DNA of 46,979 bases from Armatimonadota bacterium (lineage in GTDB: Bacteria > Vulcanimicrobiota > JACPDS01 > JBDRKI01): NCBI GenBank assembly GCA_043814095.1, contig JBDRKI010000049.1:1-46979 (forward strand), read 5' to 3'. How positions within the stretch are numbered: position 1 is the stretch's first letter; the number at the start of each line of letters is the position of its first letter. Position numbers and translations under genes: made by a program. This document shows positions 9,896-19,891 of the stretch, piece after piece. The notes under the pieces were generated by a model. It was not told where the DNA came from. It saw only the letters and a list, made by a program, of their open reading frames with translations, and did no database searches.

Positions 9896-11077
9896 TCAAG
9901 ATATTTTTTTATAAATTTTTTCTAATATTCCGCAAACAGGCTTTGTAATCTTGTTCCCCGTAAGAGAATCTCTCAAAGAAAGAAGCAGCATTCTCTTGGC
10001 GGAAAACCCTTTATCCGCGCCTATTGCCGACATAAGAGCCGTATTTGATATTACACCATCGGTACGTACTGCGCAGTCCCTGCAGTAATCAGGGGGGGTA
10101 TCCGTATTAACCGTCTTTCGCAGACTCTTATATTTCCTGCTATTCCAAATCTTTGTAAAATCGTCTTTTGCAATGTTCCCCATAACCGAACCCGACCCGC
10201 AGCAGGGTGTAACCTTCCCGTGCTGGTCAATTGATGCGGCAGTCCAGGGCCAGAAGCATTTGCTTCCTGTTTTGCGTTTATGGAAAGTATCTTCATTTAT
10301 GCGGGGAATATAAAACTTAGGCGGAAGATCCAGGTATATGCCAAGCTTGGATGCTTTATCTTTAGCTACATCATAAATATTATTATAGGTATCTTTATGA
10401 TAAACCAGTGACTGCTCCCTCTGGAATTCATACTGGGGGCATAAATGGCCGGTATTTATTTCTTCAACACCGAGCTCTTTCGCAAATGTAAGAAGCTCGG
10501 GAAGTTCATATATATTATCCTTAAATAACGTAACCCCGAATTTTATAACCGCTTTATCCTTGCCCAGCTTCTTCTTAAGTTCATTACCGTATTTAACAAG
10601 TTCAAAAATCCTGCCGTGAAACTTTCCTCTTACGGATTCATAAAGTTGTGGTTTACAGCTCTCAATGGAAACAGAGAGAACTACTTCCCTTTCTACAAAT
10701 TTCCTTATTCTTTCTTCTGTAAGAAGCGTGCCGTTTGTGATTATATGGATATCCAGCGGGAACCGGGAAGTTTCTTCAAAAATATGATCCCAGTCTTTGC
10801 AGAAAAGCTGTTCCGATAACTCCGTCCCCCCGAAAATAACTTTACCTATAAAAGGGAAAACCTGCCGTTTTATCTTGTCAAAAAGAGCCCTGTCCATATC
10901 CGCCCTTCCGGCGGCCTTAAAAGGCTCTTTTTCCGGCCTTCCTATCTTGCAGTGAGCGCAGTTCAAATTGCACTTATTCGTAACCGAGAGCCAGAGCTCC
11001 TGAGGGTAAGATTCCAGAACAAGCTTCCCTTCTTTTGTCTCCTGCTTATTCAGTTTTTCATTTGTTAATTTGTCCAT
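9896..11077 (-). CDS. Radical SAM protein with SPASM/twitch-like domain (paralog of 12178-13350)
   Basis: CNLNCAHC, TNGTLL, CFWPW..VTPCC..CRDC. Start moved from 11134 to ATG 11077 (AAGGA RBS at 11085-11089). Confidence 0.88.
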   Translation of the reverse strand: MDKLTNEKLNKQETKEGKLVLESYPQELWLSVTNKCNLNCAHCKIGRPEKEPFKAAGRADMDRALFDKIKRQVFPFIGKVIFGGTELSEQLFCKDWDHIFEETSRFPLDIHIITNGTLLTEERIRKFVEREVVLSVSIESCKPQLYESVRGKFHGRIFELVKYGNELKKKLGKDKAVIKFGVTLFKDNIYELPELLTFAKELGVEEINTGHLCPQYEFQREQSLVYHKDTYNNIYDVAKDKASKLGIYLDLPPKFYIPRINEDTFHKRKTGSKCFWPWTAASIDQHGKVTPCCGSGSVMGNIAKDDFTKIWNSRKYKSLRKTVNTDTPPDYCRDCAVRTDGVISNTALMSAIGADKGFSAKRMLLLSLRDSLTGNKITKPVCGILEKIYKKIS

Positions 11078-12141
11078 GAAGCGTTCCTTTTCATAAATCC
11101 GGGCACGAACTTTGTCATTGATATTAATGTCCATATATCACGCGGGTTACAATCTTTACATACCTTAAACATTTTATGATTCTTAAAGTTCTCCCTTACT
11201 TTTCCGTAAGACGGGCCGTTCCATATATTTTCAAAACCGTCTTTAAAAATATTGCCCAGTTTAACTTTTTCGTTGCAGTATAGAGCGCAGCACGGCGATA
11301 CATCGCCGTTTGCCGCCACAAATGTCTGCAGCCACGGAAGCAGGCATACTTTGTTTGTCCGGGGCAGCATTAATTCATAAAGTTCATTATAATAAGAGAG
11401 GTTTTTTATTATCTCATCAAGGTTGGTATTTACACCGAGCTTAACTGCCGTAGTTTTAGATTCTTTTAAGATATTCTCAAAGCTCTTAAAATCAAAGCCC
11501 TGTGTTAATTCCTTCTGGGTATATTCTTTCAAACCGACTTTCTGCAGGGGTCTAAAATAAACGGTATCTATCCCGAGCATTCCCGCCAGCTTTATAATCT
11601 CAGGCACTTCATCTATATTATCTTTTAAAATCACGTAATCAAAACGCATCTGGGGTGAAGTTTTATTCAGTCTTTTCTTTGCGCCGGCAACGCTTTTAAT
11701 CCCGTCAATAATCCTGTCAAAACAGTCCTGACCCCTTACCTTAATATAAGTATTACTTGTTGCCGAATCTATGGACATTTTTATAACGCCTAACCCTGCC
11801 CCAACAAGAGGCTCTAAAGAATTCTTAACCGTCATATTTGAAGATATCATGGTGGATATATTACTATCTGTTGAATACTTAATCATATCACCCAGCTCTT
11901 TATTAAGGGTGGGTTCCCCTGCCCCGGCAAAAGTAACTTTTGAGGGTTTTATCTGATTTATTATCTCTTTATACTCCTGAAGAGTCATATTTTTATTATC
12001 AACATAAGCGTTATCTCTTATGCACATCTTGCATTTTAAATTACAATAGTTAGTAGGCTCTAACTGTATATGAATAGGCCCGTAACCGACTGTCTGCGGT
12101 TTTAATAATACTGTTTTTAAATATTTCAGATACTTAATCAT
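11065..12141 (-). CDS. Radical SAM protein with SPASM/twitch-like domain
   Basis: CNLKCKMC, GAGEPTL, CLLPW..GDVSPCC..CKDC. Confidence 0.9.
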   Translation of the reverse strand: MIKYLKYLKTVLLKPQTVGYGPIHIQLEPTNYCNLKCKMCIRDNAYVDNKNMTLQEYKEIINQIKPSKVTFAGAGEPTLNKELGDMIKYSTDSNISTMISSNMTVKNSLEPLVGAGLGVIKMSIDSATSNTYIKVRGQDCFDRIIDGIKSVAGAKKRLNKTSPQMRFDYVILKDNIDEVPEIIKLAGMLGIDTVYFRPLQKVGLKEYTQKELTQGFDFKSFENILKESKTTAVKLGVNTNLDEIIKNLSYYNELYELMLPRTNKVCLLPWLQTFVAANGDVSPCCALYCNEKVKLGNIFKDGFENIWNGPSYGKVRENFKNHKMFKVCKDCNPRDIWTLISMTKFVPGFMKRNASWTN

Positions 12142-12177
12142 AATAAACCTTATACTCTATAATTAAAAATTATATAT

Positions 12178-13350
12178 TTAAAAAATCTTCTTATACACTT
12201 TTTCCAGGCCGTAATATACCGCTTTTGTAAACTTATTCTTTACCATCTTCTCCCTTAAACTGAGAAACATCATCTTTTTCAATGAAAAGTCTTTATCCAT
12301 ACCTATGGCAGAGAGCATCTTGGCGTTTGAGATCTGACCGTTTGTCCTTGTTATGCACCCCCTGCAGTAATCAGGAGGATTTTTGGTCCCTATCGTTTCT
12401 CTCAAACTGCGGTATTTTTTCCCGTTCCATATATCTGTAAAATCATTTTTATTTAAGTCCCCCATGACAGAACCGGATCCACAGCAAGGCATAACTTTGC
12501 CTTCATGATTTATGGAAGCCCCTTTCCATGGCCACGGACAGTAATTTTTATGTTCCAAAGATTCCTTAACTTTAACTTCTTTCTCGTTTATTCTTAAGAT
12601 ATTGAATTTATAGGGAAGGTCTAAATCTATGCCCAGCTTCTTCGCTTTCTCCATGGCTTCATCATATATGCGATTATATAGTTCCTTATGGTATATAAGG
12701 GACTGTTCCCGCTGGGACTCAAACTGCGGGGAAAAGTGGCTCGCGTTTATACCGGTCATGCCGAGTTTATGGGCAAGATCAATCATCTCGGTAAGCTCAT
12801 ATATATTATCCCTGAACAGTGTAACCCCGAACCTTATGCCTGCCTTATCTTTGCTTTTCTCTTTTTTCTGCCTGCAGGCATATTCCAGCATACTGAAAAC
12901 CTTATCGTAAAATTTTCCCCTCATATCTTCATAAAGCTCACGTTTTATGCTCTCAATTGATATTGATAAGGTAATCTCTTTATCAATGAATTTATTTATT
13001 CTTTCTTCTGTAAGAAGCGTGCCGTTTGTTATGATATAAATCTCTACGGGAAATTTTGCTATCTCATCAAAAAAGTAATTCCACTTGTCCGCATAAAGCT
13101 GTTCCGAATAAGAATTCCCGCCCAGGTAAATCTTTTTTATAAAGGGGAGAACCTGCGTTTTTACCTTTTCAAAAACCTTGTCGCTTATATCATGTTTAGC
13201 CGCGGCCTTTAAATTATCTTTCTCAGGACGCCTCAGCTTGCAGTGCGTGCACAAAAGATTGCATTTATTGGTAAGCGAGAGCCATACGGTAGAAGGATAC
13301 AAACCCTCTACTAAACCTTTATTTTTTTTCTTCTCAGTTAATACACTCAT
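12178..13350 (-). CDS. Radical SAM protein with SPASM/twitch-like domain
   Basis: CNLLCTHC, TNGTLL, CPWPW..VMPCC..CRGC. Confidence 0.9.
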   Translation of the reverse strand: MSVLTEKKKNKGLVEGLYPSTVWLSLTNKCNLLCTHCKLRRPEKDNLKAAAKHDISDKVFEKVKTQVLPFIKKIYLGGNSYSEQLYADKWNYFFDEIAKFPVEIYIITNGTLLTEERINKFIDKEITLSISIESIKRELYEDMRGKFYDKVFSMLEYACRQKKEKSKDKAGIRFGVTLFRDNIYELTEMIDLAHKLGMTGINASHFSPQFESQREQSLIYHKELYNRIYDEAMEKAKKLGIDLDLPYKFNILRINEKEVKVKESLEHKNYCPWPWKGASINHEGKVMPCCGSGSVMGDLNKNDFTDIWNGKKYRSLRETIGTKNPPDYCRGCITRTNGQISNAKMLSAIGMDKDFSLKKMMFLSLREKMVKNKFTKAVYYGLEKVYKKIF

Positions 13351-13361
13351 AAAACAAAACC

Positions 13362-14468
13362 TTAATTTTGGGCGGCGGCTTCTTTAAAAGCTTCCAAAGT
13401 TTTAACCGCTACTTCTTCCCATGTAAATTTCTTAACCTGTCTCAAGCCGTTCTCTATAAGTTTTTCCCTTACTTTTTTATCCTTAGCAAGAACAGCTATC
13501 TTCTCCGCTATCTCGCTAACATTATGCGGGTTAAAGTATAATGCTCCATCACCTGCCACTTCGGGCAAAGACGAAGCATTTGAACAGGCAACCGGCACTT
13601 TATGAGCCATTGCCTCTATTACGGGTATCCCGAAACCCTCGTAAAATGAAGGATACACGAATATATCGGCTTTATTATATAATAAAGTTAAGTCATTATC
13701 AAGTATATATCCCGTCACTTTTATATCATCCGCGTATTTAGACCCCGCACAGAGCTTAAGAATCTCGGTATCCCCGTCCCCGCTCCTGCCGGCAAGGTAT
13801 AATTTATGCTCTACAGCGTGTTTATCTTTTAAAACTTCAAAAGCCCTTATTAAAGACGGTATGTTCTTCCTTTTATGAAACTGCCCTACAAACAGGATGT
13901 ATTTATCATCTTTAACTGTTTTATGACCGTTAATCTCAGGCATATATCCGCAGAAAGTAACATCCACCTTCTCAGGCGAAACCCCGAAGAGCTTCACGAT
14001 ATCATTCTTTGAACAAGTTGAAAGAGTTAATATCTTACTGGATTTCTCCGCGGTGGCGGAGAGCATCTTTTTTATATAAAAATTCTTCATATTCCCGAAA
14101 AATTGAGGTAGAAGAAGCCAGTGCACGTCAAACATCATTGTAACAAGCTTGCATCCTGCCCTTAAAGGCGCTATATTGCATGTTGAAAATAGTATATCAA
14201 GCTTGTAATTCTTTATTCTTTCAGGCAGCGCAAACTGCTCGTAAAAAACTCTTGCTATTTTATTCTTGGGAAAATCACAGACAACATTCGTGAAGTTATC
14301 CTGTTCCACCTTATAATAATCTTTATTATACCTGTTTAAAAACAGGATATATTCATTCTCCCTGTCTATTTTAGCAAGAGCTTTAACTATACTCTGTGCA
14401 TATCTCTCCGCTCCAGCTATAGTATCAAACAAAGGTAATAAATTTATGCCTATTCTGATTTTACTCAT
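13362..14468 (-). CDS. Glycosyltransferase family 4 (GT-B)
   Basis: RKNI, VYPSFYEGFGIPVIEAM, SSLPEVAGD, FTWE. Confidence 0.92.
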   Translation of the reverse strand: MSKIRIGINLLPLFDTIAGAERYAQSIVKALAKIDRENEYILFLNRYNKDYYKVEQDNFTNVVCDFPKNKIARVFYEQFALPERIKNYKLDILFSTCNIAPLRAGCKLVTMMFDVHWLLLPQFFGNMKNFYIKKMLSATAEKSSKILTLSTCSKNDIVKLFGVSPEKVDVTFCGYMPEINGHKTVKDDKYILFVGQFHKRKNIPSLIRAFEVLKDKHAVEHKLYLAGRSGDGDTEILKLCAGSKYADDIKVTGYILDNDLTLLYNKADIFVYPSFYEGFGIPVIEAMAHKVPVACSNASSLPEVAGDGALYFNPHNVSEIAEKIAVLAKDKKVREKLIENGLRQVKKFTWEEVAVKTLEAFKEAAAQN

Positions 14469-14480
14469 AATCTTTAATTT

Positions 14481-16517
14481 CTACTTAACAAATTTTTTAT
14501 TCTCCAGACATTTATTGTAAATGTCTATAACATTATCTGCCGATCTTTCCCATGTAAATAATTTAGCGCGCTCAATCCCATTTTTAACAAGTTTTTTCTT
14601 CAACTCATCATCATTAAGCACATTTGAAATAGCTTCCGCAATCTCATCGGTATTATTGGGATCAATCAGTATACCGGCATCACCCACAACTTCCGGCAGT
14701 GAGGATATATTGGAAGCTATTGTCGGCGTGCCGCATTTCATCGCCTCAACTATGGGGAACCCGAACCCTTCATAAAATGATGGATATACAAGCAAATCTG
14801 CCGCGTTATAGAGTTTGGGGATGTCTTCATCTGCAAGGTATCCCGTAAAGACAACATCATCCTTGATTTTCAGCTCGTCTACCGTCGTGTAAATATCATT
14901 ATACAGCCAGCCGGGGCTCCCGGTAATTACCAGCTTGTAATTTTTATCATCGGTCTTCTTAAAGGTATTAAAAGCTTTAATCAGCCCTAAAACGTTTTTC
15001 CTGGGCTCAAGAGTCCCCACAAAAAGAATAAACCTTTCAGGCAATTTATACTTTTGTTTAACTTCTTCAATAACGCTTTTATCGTCTATTACCCTGAAAG
15101 AATCAGAAACACCGGGATAAACAACTTTAATCTTATCATCCTTAATTTTAAACAACTTTTTTATATCTTCTTTGGTTGAACGGGAGTCAGCTATTATGTA
15201 ATCAGCCCTTCTCATTGAAAGAGGCACGAAAAACTGCAGATATACCCTGTACGTTTTTATAAACTTCTCGGGGAAAAGGATAAACGAAAGATCATGGATC
15301 GTCACAACCGAAGGGCAGAACTTCACAACCGGTATAATATAAGCTGGAAGGTGAAGCACCGAAAGTCTACCGAATAAAGCCTGTAAGGGAAGCCTTATCT
15401 GGTAATGGTAAACAAGGTTTATCGCCCTGTATACCTTATTAAAGATATTATTATGAGAGGCCGGCGGTTTTTTATCTATCATTATAAAGCTGCTGCCGCT
15501 GTTTAAGCTCCTGCCGATAGCCTGAGATATATTTTTCGTGTAAAATTCAACACCTGCTTTAATTTTTGAGAATGATGAAACATCCATGGCAATCTTTTTC
15601 TCAAGATTTATGCTCATGGAATTATAGTAGCCGATAACACGCTGGAGGTGGCTTTTCCTGCGCTTGTAATCCAGAACGCTTAAAATGGAAAGCGAAATTA
15701 TCCTTAAAAAGAGCCCCAGGTTAATAATGTTTTTAAACATCTTAGCGCTGTTTATGCCGTAATTCTTCTTGAAGAAATAATACCTTGAAAGGTATGATAT
15801 CAAAATACTTTTAGCAAGAATGGGTTTTGTGCTTCTTCCCTGGGAGTGAATTACTTCAACATCCGCAAGAAAATGGACTTCCCATCCCTTCTGTTTTAAT
15901 TTATAGCACCATTCAACATCTTCATAGTAAAGGAAGTAATTCTCATCCATAAGCCCTATATCATCAAAAGCTTCTTTCCTTAACATAAAACAAGCGCCCG
16001 TTATCCAGTCAGCTGAACGGCTTTTGTTATGATCCCATCCGATGAGAGTATATTTCTGCATATATCTGGTTTTCCCGAAGAGCTGATCAAGGTAAAAAGT
16101 CTTCAGAAGCTCGCCCTTCATTGAAGGGAACATCTCGCATGAAGGCTGGAGCTTCGCATTCTCATTCACAAGGCGGCTGCCGCAGGCGCCGGCTTTCGGA
16201 TTTTTCTCCATAAAATCAATCATCTTGTCTATCGCGCCGGGCAGGATCACAGTATCAGGATTTAATAAAAGCACATACTTAGTACTCAAATCCTTAAGAA
16301 CCTTATTATTAGCGCTTGCAAAACCCACATTTTTGTCATTCTGGATTAAATTAACCTGTTTAAAGTTTTCCTCTACGGCATCTGCGCTACCGTCAGATGA
16401 GTTATTATCAACTACAAAGATTTCAAAATGCCCCCCCGGCGGGTTCTCGTAAATAGAAGTAAGGCATCTTTTTACTTCTTCTTTTGTATTATAATTTACA
16501 ATGATAATTGAAAGCAT
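14481..16517 (-). CDS. Bifunctional GT2 + GT4 glycosyltransferase
   Basis: N-half IIIVNYN, VVDNNSSDG, LLNPD, YYEDVEW (GT2); C-half LEPRKN, YPSFYEGFGFPIVEAM (GT4). Confidence 0.92.
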   Translation of the reverse strand: MLSIIIVNYNTKEEVKRCLTSIYENPPGGHFEIFVVDNNSSDGSADAVEENFKQVNLIQNDKNVGFASANNKVLKDLSTKYVLLLNPDTVILPGAIDKMIDFMEKNPKAGACGSRLVNENAKLQPSCEMFPSMKGELLKTFYLDQLFGKTRYMQKYTLIGWDHNKSRSADWITGACFMLRKEAFDDIGLMDENYFLYYEDVEWCYKLKQKGWEVHFLADVEVIHSQGRSTKPILAKSILISYLSRYYFFKKNYGINSAKMFKNIINLGLFLRIISLSILSVLDYKRRKSHLQRVIGYYNSMSINLEKKIAMDVSSFSKIKAGVEFYTKNISQAIGRSLNSGSSFIMIDKKPPASHNNIFNKVYRAINLVYHYQIRLPLQALFGRLSVLHLPAYIIPVVKFCPSVVTIHDLSFILFPEKFIKTYRVYLQFFVPLSMRRADYIIADSRSTKEDIKKLFKIKDDKIKVVYPGVSDSFRVIDDKSVIEEVKQKYKLPERFILFVGTLEPRKNVLGLIKAFNTFKKTDDKNYKLVITGSPGWLYNDIYTTVDELKIKDDVVFTGYLADEDIPKLYNAADLLVYPSFYEGFGFPIVEAMKCGTPTIASNISSLPEVVGDAGILIDPNNTDEIAEAISNVLNDDELKKKLVKNGIERAKLFTWERSADNVIDIYNKCLENKKFVK

Positions 16518-16521
16518 AAAT

Positions 16522-17259
16522 TTATCCTATCTCAATAAAATATATCTTACGGTAATAATCCTTACCTTTTAAACCTTTAACAAAAGGAAACACACTCTTA
16601 AAGAAAAGATTTGTAAAGACTCCCCTTCTCATGAAATTCAAATTAACAAACTTCCATAAAGAAAGAGGAACATTATCCATAACCTTTACAACCTTAAAAT
16701 TATATCCCTTAACCAGATCCAGATATTTATCTATATCTGGCAGCCCGTACTTAATATGCTCGGTTATATAACCGTGCTTTACCCCGCAAATCTTCTCAAA
16801 CTTTTTATTATATACCCTATCCAGAGATAAAGCTTTATCCCCGCACGGAGCGCCTACTACAAGATACCTGCCTGATACCCTGAACATCTCAAGCATGGCG
16901 CCTAATCTCTCTTTTTCCTCTATATGTTCTAAAACATCCATACAGACTACCATATCAAACTCTTTATCTTTAAAAGGAAGCTCAGAAGAAGAAGCGCAAA
17001 CCTGCTTCAGATTATTTAACTGGACACCTTCAAAACAAAGGTCAACTCCTGTAACATACCTGTCGGTATAATTTGCAAGCCCTCTTGATGAAGAGCCAAC
17101 TTCTAAAATATTAAGCCCGTCTTTCTTATTTATAAAAGAGATTACAGGATGGTACCTTAAAGCTATATCAATATCCCATGATAACAGCTTTTTAAGAGAA
17201 CCGAACTCTTCCGTATCCCCCTGGTCCCATTTTATTACTTTTTTCAGCTTTGTCTTCAT
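16522..17259 (-). CDS. Class I SAM-dependent methyltransferase
   Basis: ILEVGS, LPFKDKEFDMVVCMDVLEHI. Confidence 0.85.
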   Translation of the reverse strand: MKTKLKKVIKWDQGDTEEFGSLKKLLSWDIDIALRYHPVISFINKKDGLNILEVGSSSRGLANYTDRYVTGVDLCFEGVQLNNLKQVCASSSELPFKDKEFDMVVCMDVLEHIEEKERLGAMLEMFRVSGRYLVVGAPCGDKALSLDRVYNKKFEKICGVKHGYITEHIKYGLPDIDKYLDLVKGYNFKVVKVMDNVPLSLWKFVNLNFMRRGVFTNLFFKSVFPFVKGLKGKDYYRKIYFIEIG

Positions 17260-17261
17260 AA

Positions 17262-18035
17262 TTATTTCTGCTTCTTCTTTGAGATATTAAGAATCATAAG
17301 TTTTGCTTCTGTTGTAAACTTGTATACAAACATATAAGCGTTAGCTATAAACCCGCATACGCCGTCACGCCACCCCTGCTTTATAATATGCCTGTTAAAA
17401 AACTCATAAACAGCCCCGTATATCATCTTAAAGCCGCTTGTGCTTTTCCCTTCAGAAAACTTAGCATTACTTTCAATAGAGGTATACTTATTAAGCTTAC
17501 TTATTGTCTCATCTATTGTCTTATGGCCGTAATGAATTATGGCATTCTTAAAATATGAACTTACCCCTTTTACCTTAACCCCTTCATGCACCAGATTATC
17601 CCAGCCGGCTTTATCTTTCAAAAAGAACCTTATATGGTAGTCGGGATACCAACCGCCGTATCTTAACCACTTACCGTAAAAAATATTCTTTGTGGGCATA
17701 GAATAAGCATAAGCGCCGTTACCTTTATCTACAGCATTAACCATCTCATCTTTTAACTCAGGAGGTATCTCTTCATCGGGATCTGTGCTTAAGACCCACT
17801 TATTCTTAGCAAGCCCCAGACCGTAATTTCTCTGGGATGCAAAATCCTTAAATTTATTCTCATAAAATTTAACATTATCAAACTTAAGGCAGATCTCTTT
17901 TGTCCTGTCAGAACTGAAATCATCAACAACAATAATCTCATCAACCCAGTTAAGTCCTTCAAGACAGTCTGAGATATTCTTCTCTTCATTTTTTGTTATT
18001 ATTACAGCGCTTATCTTTGCTTTCATATTAAACAA
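17262..18035 (-). CDS. Glycosyltransferase family 2 (KdtX/LgtF-like beta-glucosyltransferase type)
   Basis: IITKNEE, VVDDFSSDRT, QRNYG, DPDE, GGWYPD, VHE. True start may be ATG 18026. Confidence 0.88.
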   Translation of the reverse strand: MFNMKAKISAVIITKNEEKNISDCLEGLNWVDEIIVVDDFSSDRTKEICLKFDNVKFYENKFKDFASQRNYGLGLAKNKWVLSTDPDEEIPPELKDEMVNAVDKGNGAYAYSMPTKNIFYGKWLRYGGWYPDYHIRFFLKDKAGWDNLVHEGVKVKGVSSYFKNAIIHYGHKTIDETISKLNKYTSIESNAKFSEGKSTSGFKMIYGAVYEFFNRHIIKQGWRDGVCGFIANAYMFVYKFTTEAKLMILNISKKKQK

Positions 18036-18082
18036 ATACCTTATCCAATACCCTATATAATATACATAATATAATTTAAATT

Positions 18083-18111
18083 ATTATAAATTAACTCGGG
18101 AAAGAATGCAA
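18083..18111 (-). promoter_or_regulatory. Promoter for the 18.0-9.9 kb unit
   Basis: Minus strand TTGCAT (18111-18106) - 17 nt - TATAAT (18088-18083). Confidence 0.5.
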
Positions 18112-18177
18112 TATAGCAGCTGGGTTTTGTGCATGCAAAAGCCTCAAGCAGACTTATGAAAGTACCGCCGCTTAAAT

Positions 18178-18206
18178 TTGACTTTATCACCACTTATGTG
18201 TATAAT
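18178..18206 (+). promoter_or_regulatory. Promoter of toxin-antitoxin pair 1
   Basis: TTGACT (18178-18183) - 17 nt - TATAAT (18201-18206). Confidence 0.75.
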
Positions 18207-18231
18207 ATAGATGGAAAGAGGGGGTTGCATT

Positions 18232-18498
18232 ATGGCTTCTAAAAATCACAGAATACAGATTGTTCTCGATATTCCCTTATACAACTGGCTGAAAGAACAA
18301 ACCAAGGCAGCTGGAATTTCCTTTTCTCTGGCTATAAGGGATATTCTTAAGAAAGCTTTTGAGGAACAGGCATGGTTCTGGACCGAAAAGTGGCAGAAAG
18401 GCGAAAAAGAGGCGGATCTTGATATTAAGTCAGGCAGAATTTCAAAGGCTTATTCCACTGCTGAAGAGTTTCTTAAGGATCTAAAAGATGAAGCTTAA
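18232..18498 (+). CDS. Putative antitoxin (ribbon-helix-helix-like N-terminus)
   Basis: RIQIVLD strand then helices; QAWFWTEKWQKGEKEADLDIKSGR C-terminal segment; overlaps downstream RelE-like gene. Start set at ATG 18232 (GAGGGGG RBS). Confidence 0.7.
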   Translation: MASKNHRIQIVLDIPLYNWLKEQTKAAGISFSLAIRDILKKAFEEQAWFWTEKWQKGEKEADLDIKSGRISKAYSTAEEFLKDLKDEA

Positions 18499-18748
18499 AA
18501 GAACAAAAAGATTTACTGAAGCTTATCGGGCTTTGCCGGAACATATACGGAAAAAATTCAATCATAAAATTAAGTTGTTTTTTGAGAATATAAAACACCC
18601 ATCCCTGCGGATAAAAAAAATGCAGAGTACTAAAAATATATGGGAAGCAAGTGTAGATTATAAATACAGGTTTACCTTTCAGATAATTAAGGATGAGTAT
18701 ATACTAAGAAATATTGATAACCATGATGAATGTCTCAAGAACCCGTAA
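18488..18748 (+). CDS. RelE/ParE-superfamily type II toxin
   Basis: 86 aa basic protein; HPSLRIKKM, IWEASV, YRFTF, LRNIDNHD pattern. Confidence 0.75.
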   Translation: MKLKRTKRFTEAYRALPEHIRKKFNHKIKLFFENIKHPSLRIKKMQSTKNIWEASVDYKYRFTFQIIKDEYILRNIDNHDECLKNP

Positions 18749-19891
18749 TCATACTAATTCTTTATAAACTTCCTCTATAATCTCAAAGTTTTTATCCCAG
18801 TTGAATCTTTCTTCTACCTGTGTCCTGTTTGCCTGGCCCATGGCATCTCTGAGAGAAGAGTCCTTAAGAAGGGTAGATATGGTAAAAGATACGGCTTTTG
18901 GGTCCCCTGCAGGCATTATAAAGCCGTTTATACCGTCTTTTACAAGCTCTTTATTGGAAGGTATGCCTGTTACGGCAACAGGTTTCCCGCAGGCAAAAGC
19001 CTCTAGCAGGCTTATTGATGTGCCGTCGCTTAAAGATGTGGAAACATATATATCAGAACAGTTAAGGTATGAAGGTAATTCTTGGGGGATTACCTTACCA
19101 GCAAAATGAACATATTCAGATACCCCTGCTTTTTTGATTATATCTAGTATCTTATCTTTCTCTTCCCCGTCCCCGCAGAATATAAATCTTGCGTCAGGGT
19201 TATTTTTTATTATTTGGGGTATGGCTTCTGCAAGGTAGTTTAATCCGTAGATCTTCTCAAAATGCCTTGTGGATATTATTACCTTTTTACCTTCCCAACC
19301 AAGTTTTTTTAATATATTTCCGTTGGGAGAAGGTTTGAAAAGATCTAGATCTACCCCCCACCTGTAAACGGTTATTTTATTCTTATCAATATTTGCAAGC
19401 TTAATTATTTTATTTCTTACTTCATCACAGTCGCAGATAATCTTATCAGCTTTTTTTAATGTATATTTAGTCATATTCATCTGCTCTTTGCCTGTATAAG
19501 GGCGTGTTAATATATCACAGCCCCAGGGCATAAGGACAAAAGGATGAAATTTTGTAAGGGCTGTGATAAAGCCCGCTTCCTGGACCCAGCCCGCGTGAAC
19601 TATCTGAGGTGTAATATTCTTTATGATATTTTTTAAGAATGCTTTTTTTCTTAATATGTTAACCCTGTAGGTTATTGTCTTTCTTATCTTGGTGAATATA
19701 TTATCCCGGGGGGTAAATATGAAATATTCTGTAGGGAGATGGAATACCGTAAGCCCTTTTATATCCCTTATATTATCAGGTATATTATTCTCTATAAAAG
19801 TTACAAGATATGTATCATATTTTGACGCCAGCTTTTCTAAAAACCTTGCGTCATGCACCGTTAAAATACTGCTTACATACAATATCTTCAT
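18749..19891 (-). CDS. Glycosyltransferase family 4
   Basis: GVDLDLFKP, YVSTSLSDGTSISLLEAFACGKP, FNWDK. Confidence 0.9.
   Translation of the reverse strand: MKILYVSSILTVHDARFLEKLASKYDTYLVTFIENNIPDNIRDIKGLTVFHLPTEYFIFTPRDNIFTKIRKTITYRVNILRKKAFLKNIIKNITPQIVHAGWVQEAGFITALTKFHPFVLMPWGCDILTRPYTGKEQMNMTKYTLKKADKIICDCDEVRNKIIKLANIDKNKITVYRWGVDLDLFKPSPNGNILKKLGWEGKKVIISTRHFEKIYGLNYLAEAIPQIIKNNPDARFIFCGDGEEKDKILDIIKKAGVSEYVHFAGKVIPQELPSYLNCSDIYVSTSLSDGTSISLLEAFACGKPVAVTGIPSNKELVKDGINGFIMPAGDPKAVSFTISTLLKDSSLRDAMGQANRTQVEERFNWDKNFEIIEEVYKELV

Noticed and set aside
18095-18175. Cys-containing frame (ECNIAAGFCACKSLKQ) and weak hairpin TTTTG-TGCATG-CAAAA in the divergent intergenic region
   Set aside because: The frame has no start codon after the upstream TAA; hairpin is imperfect and matches no RNA family I recognise.
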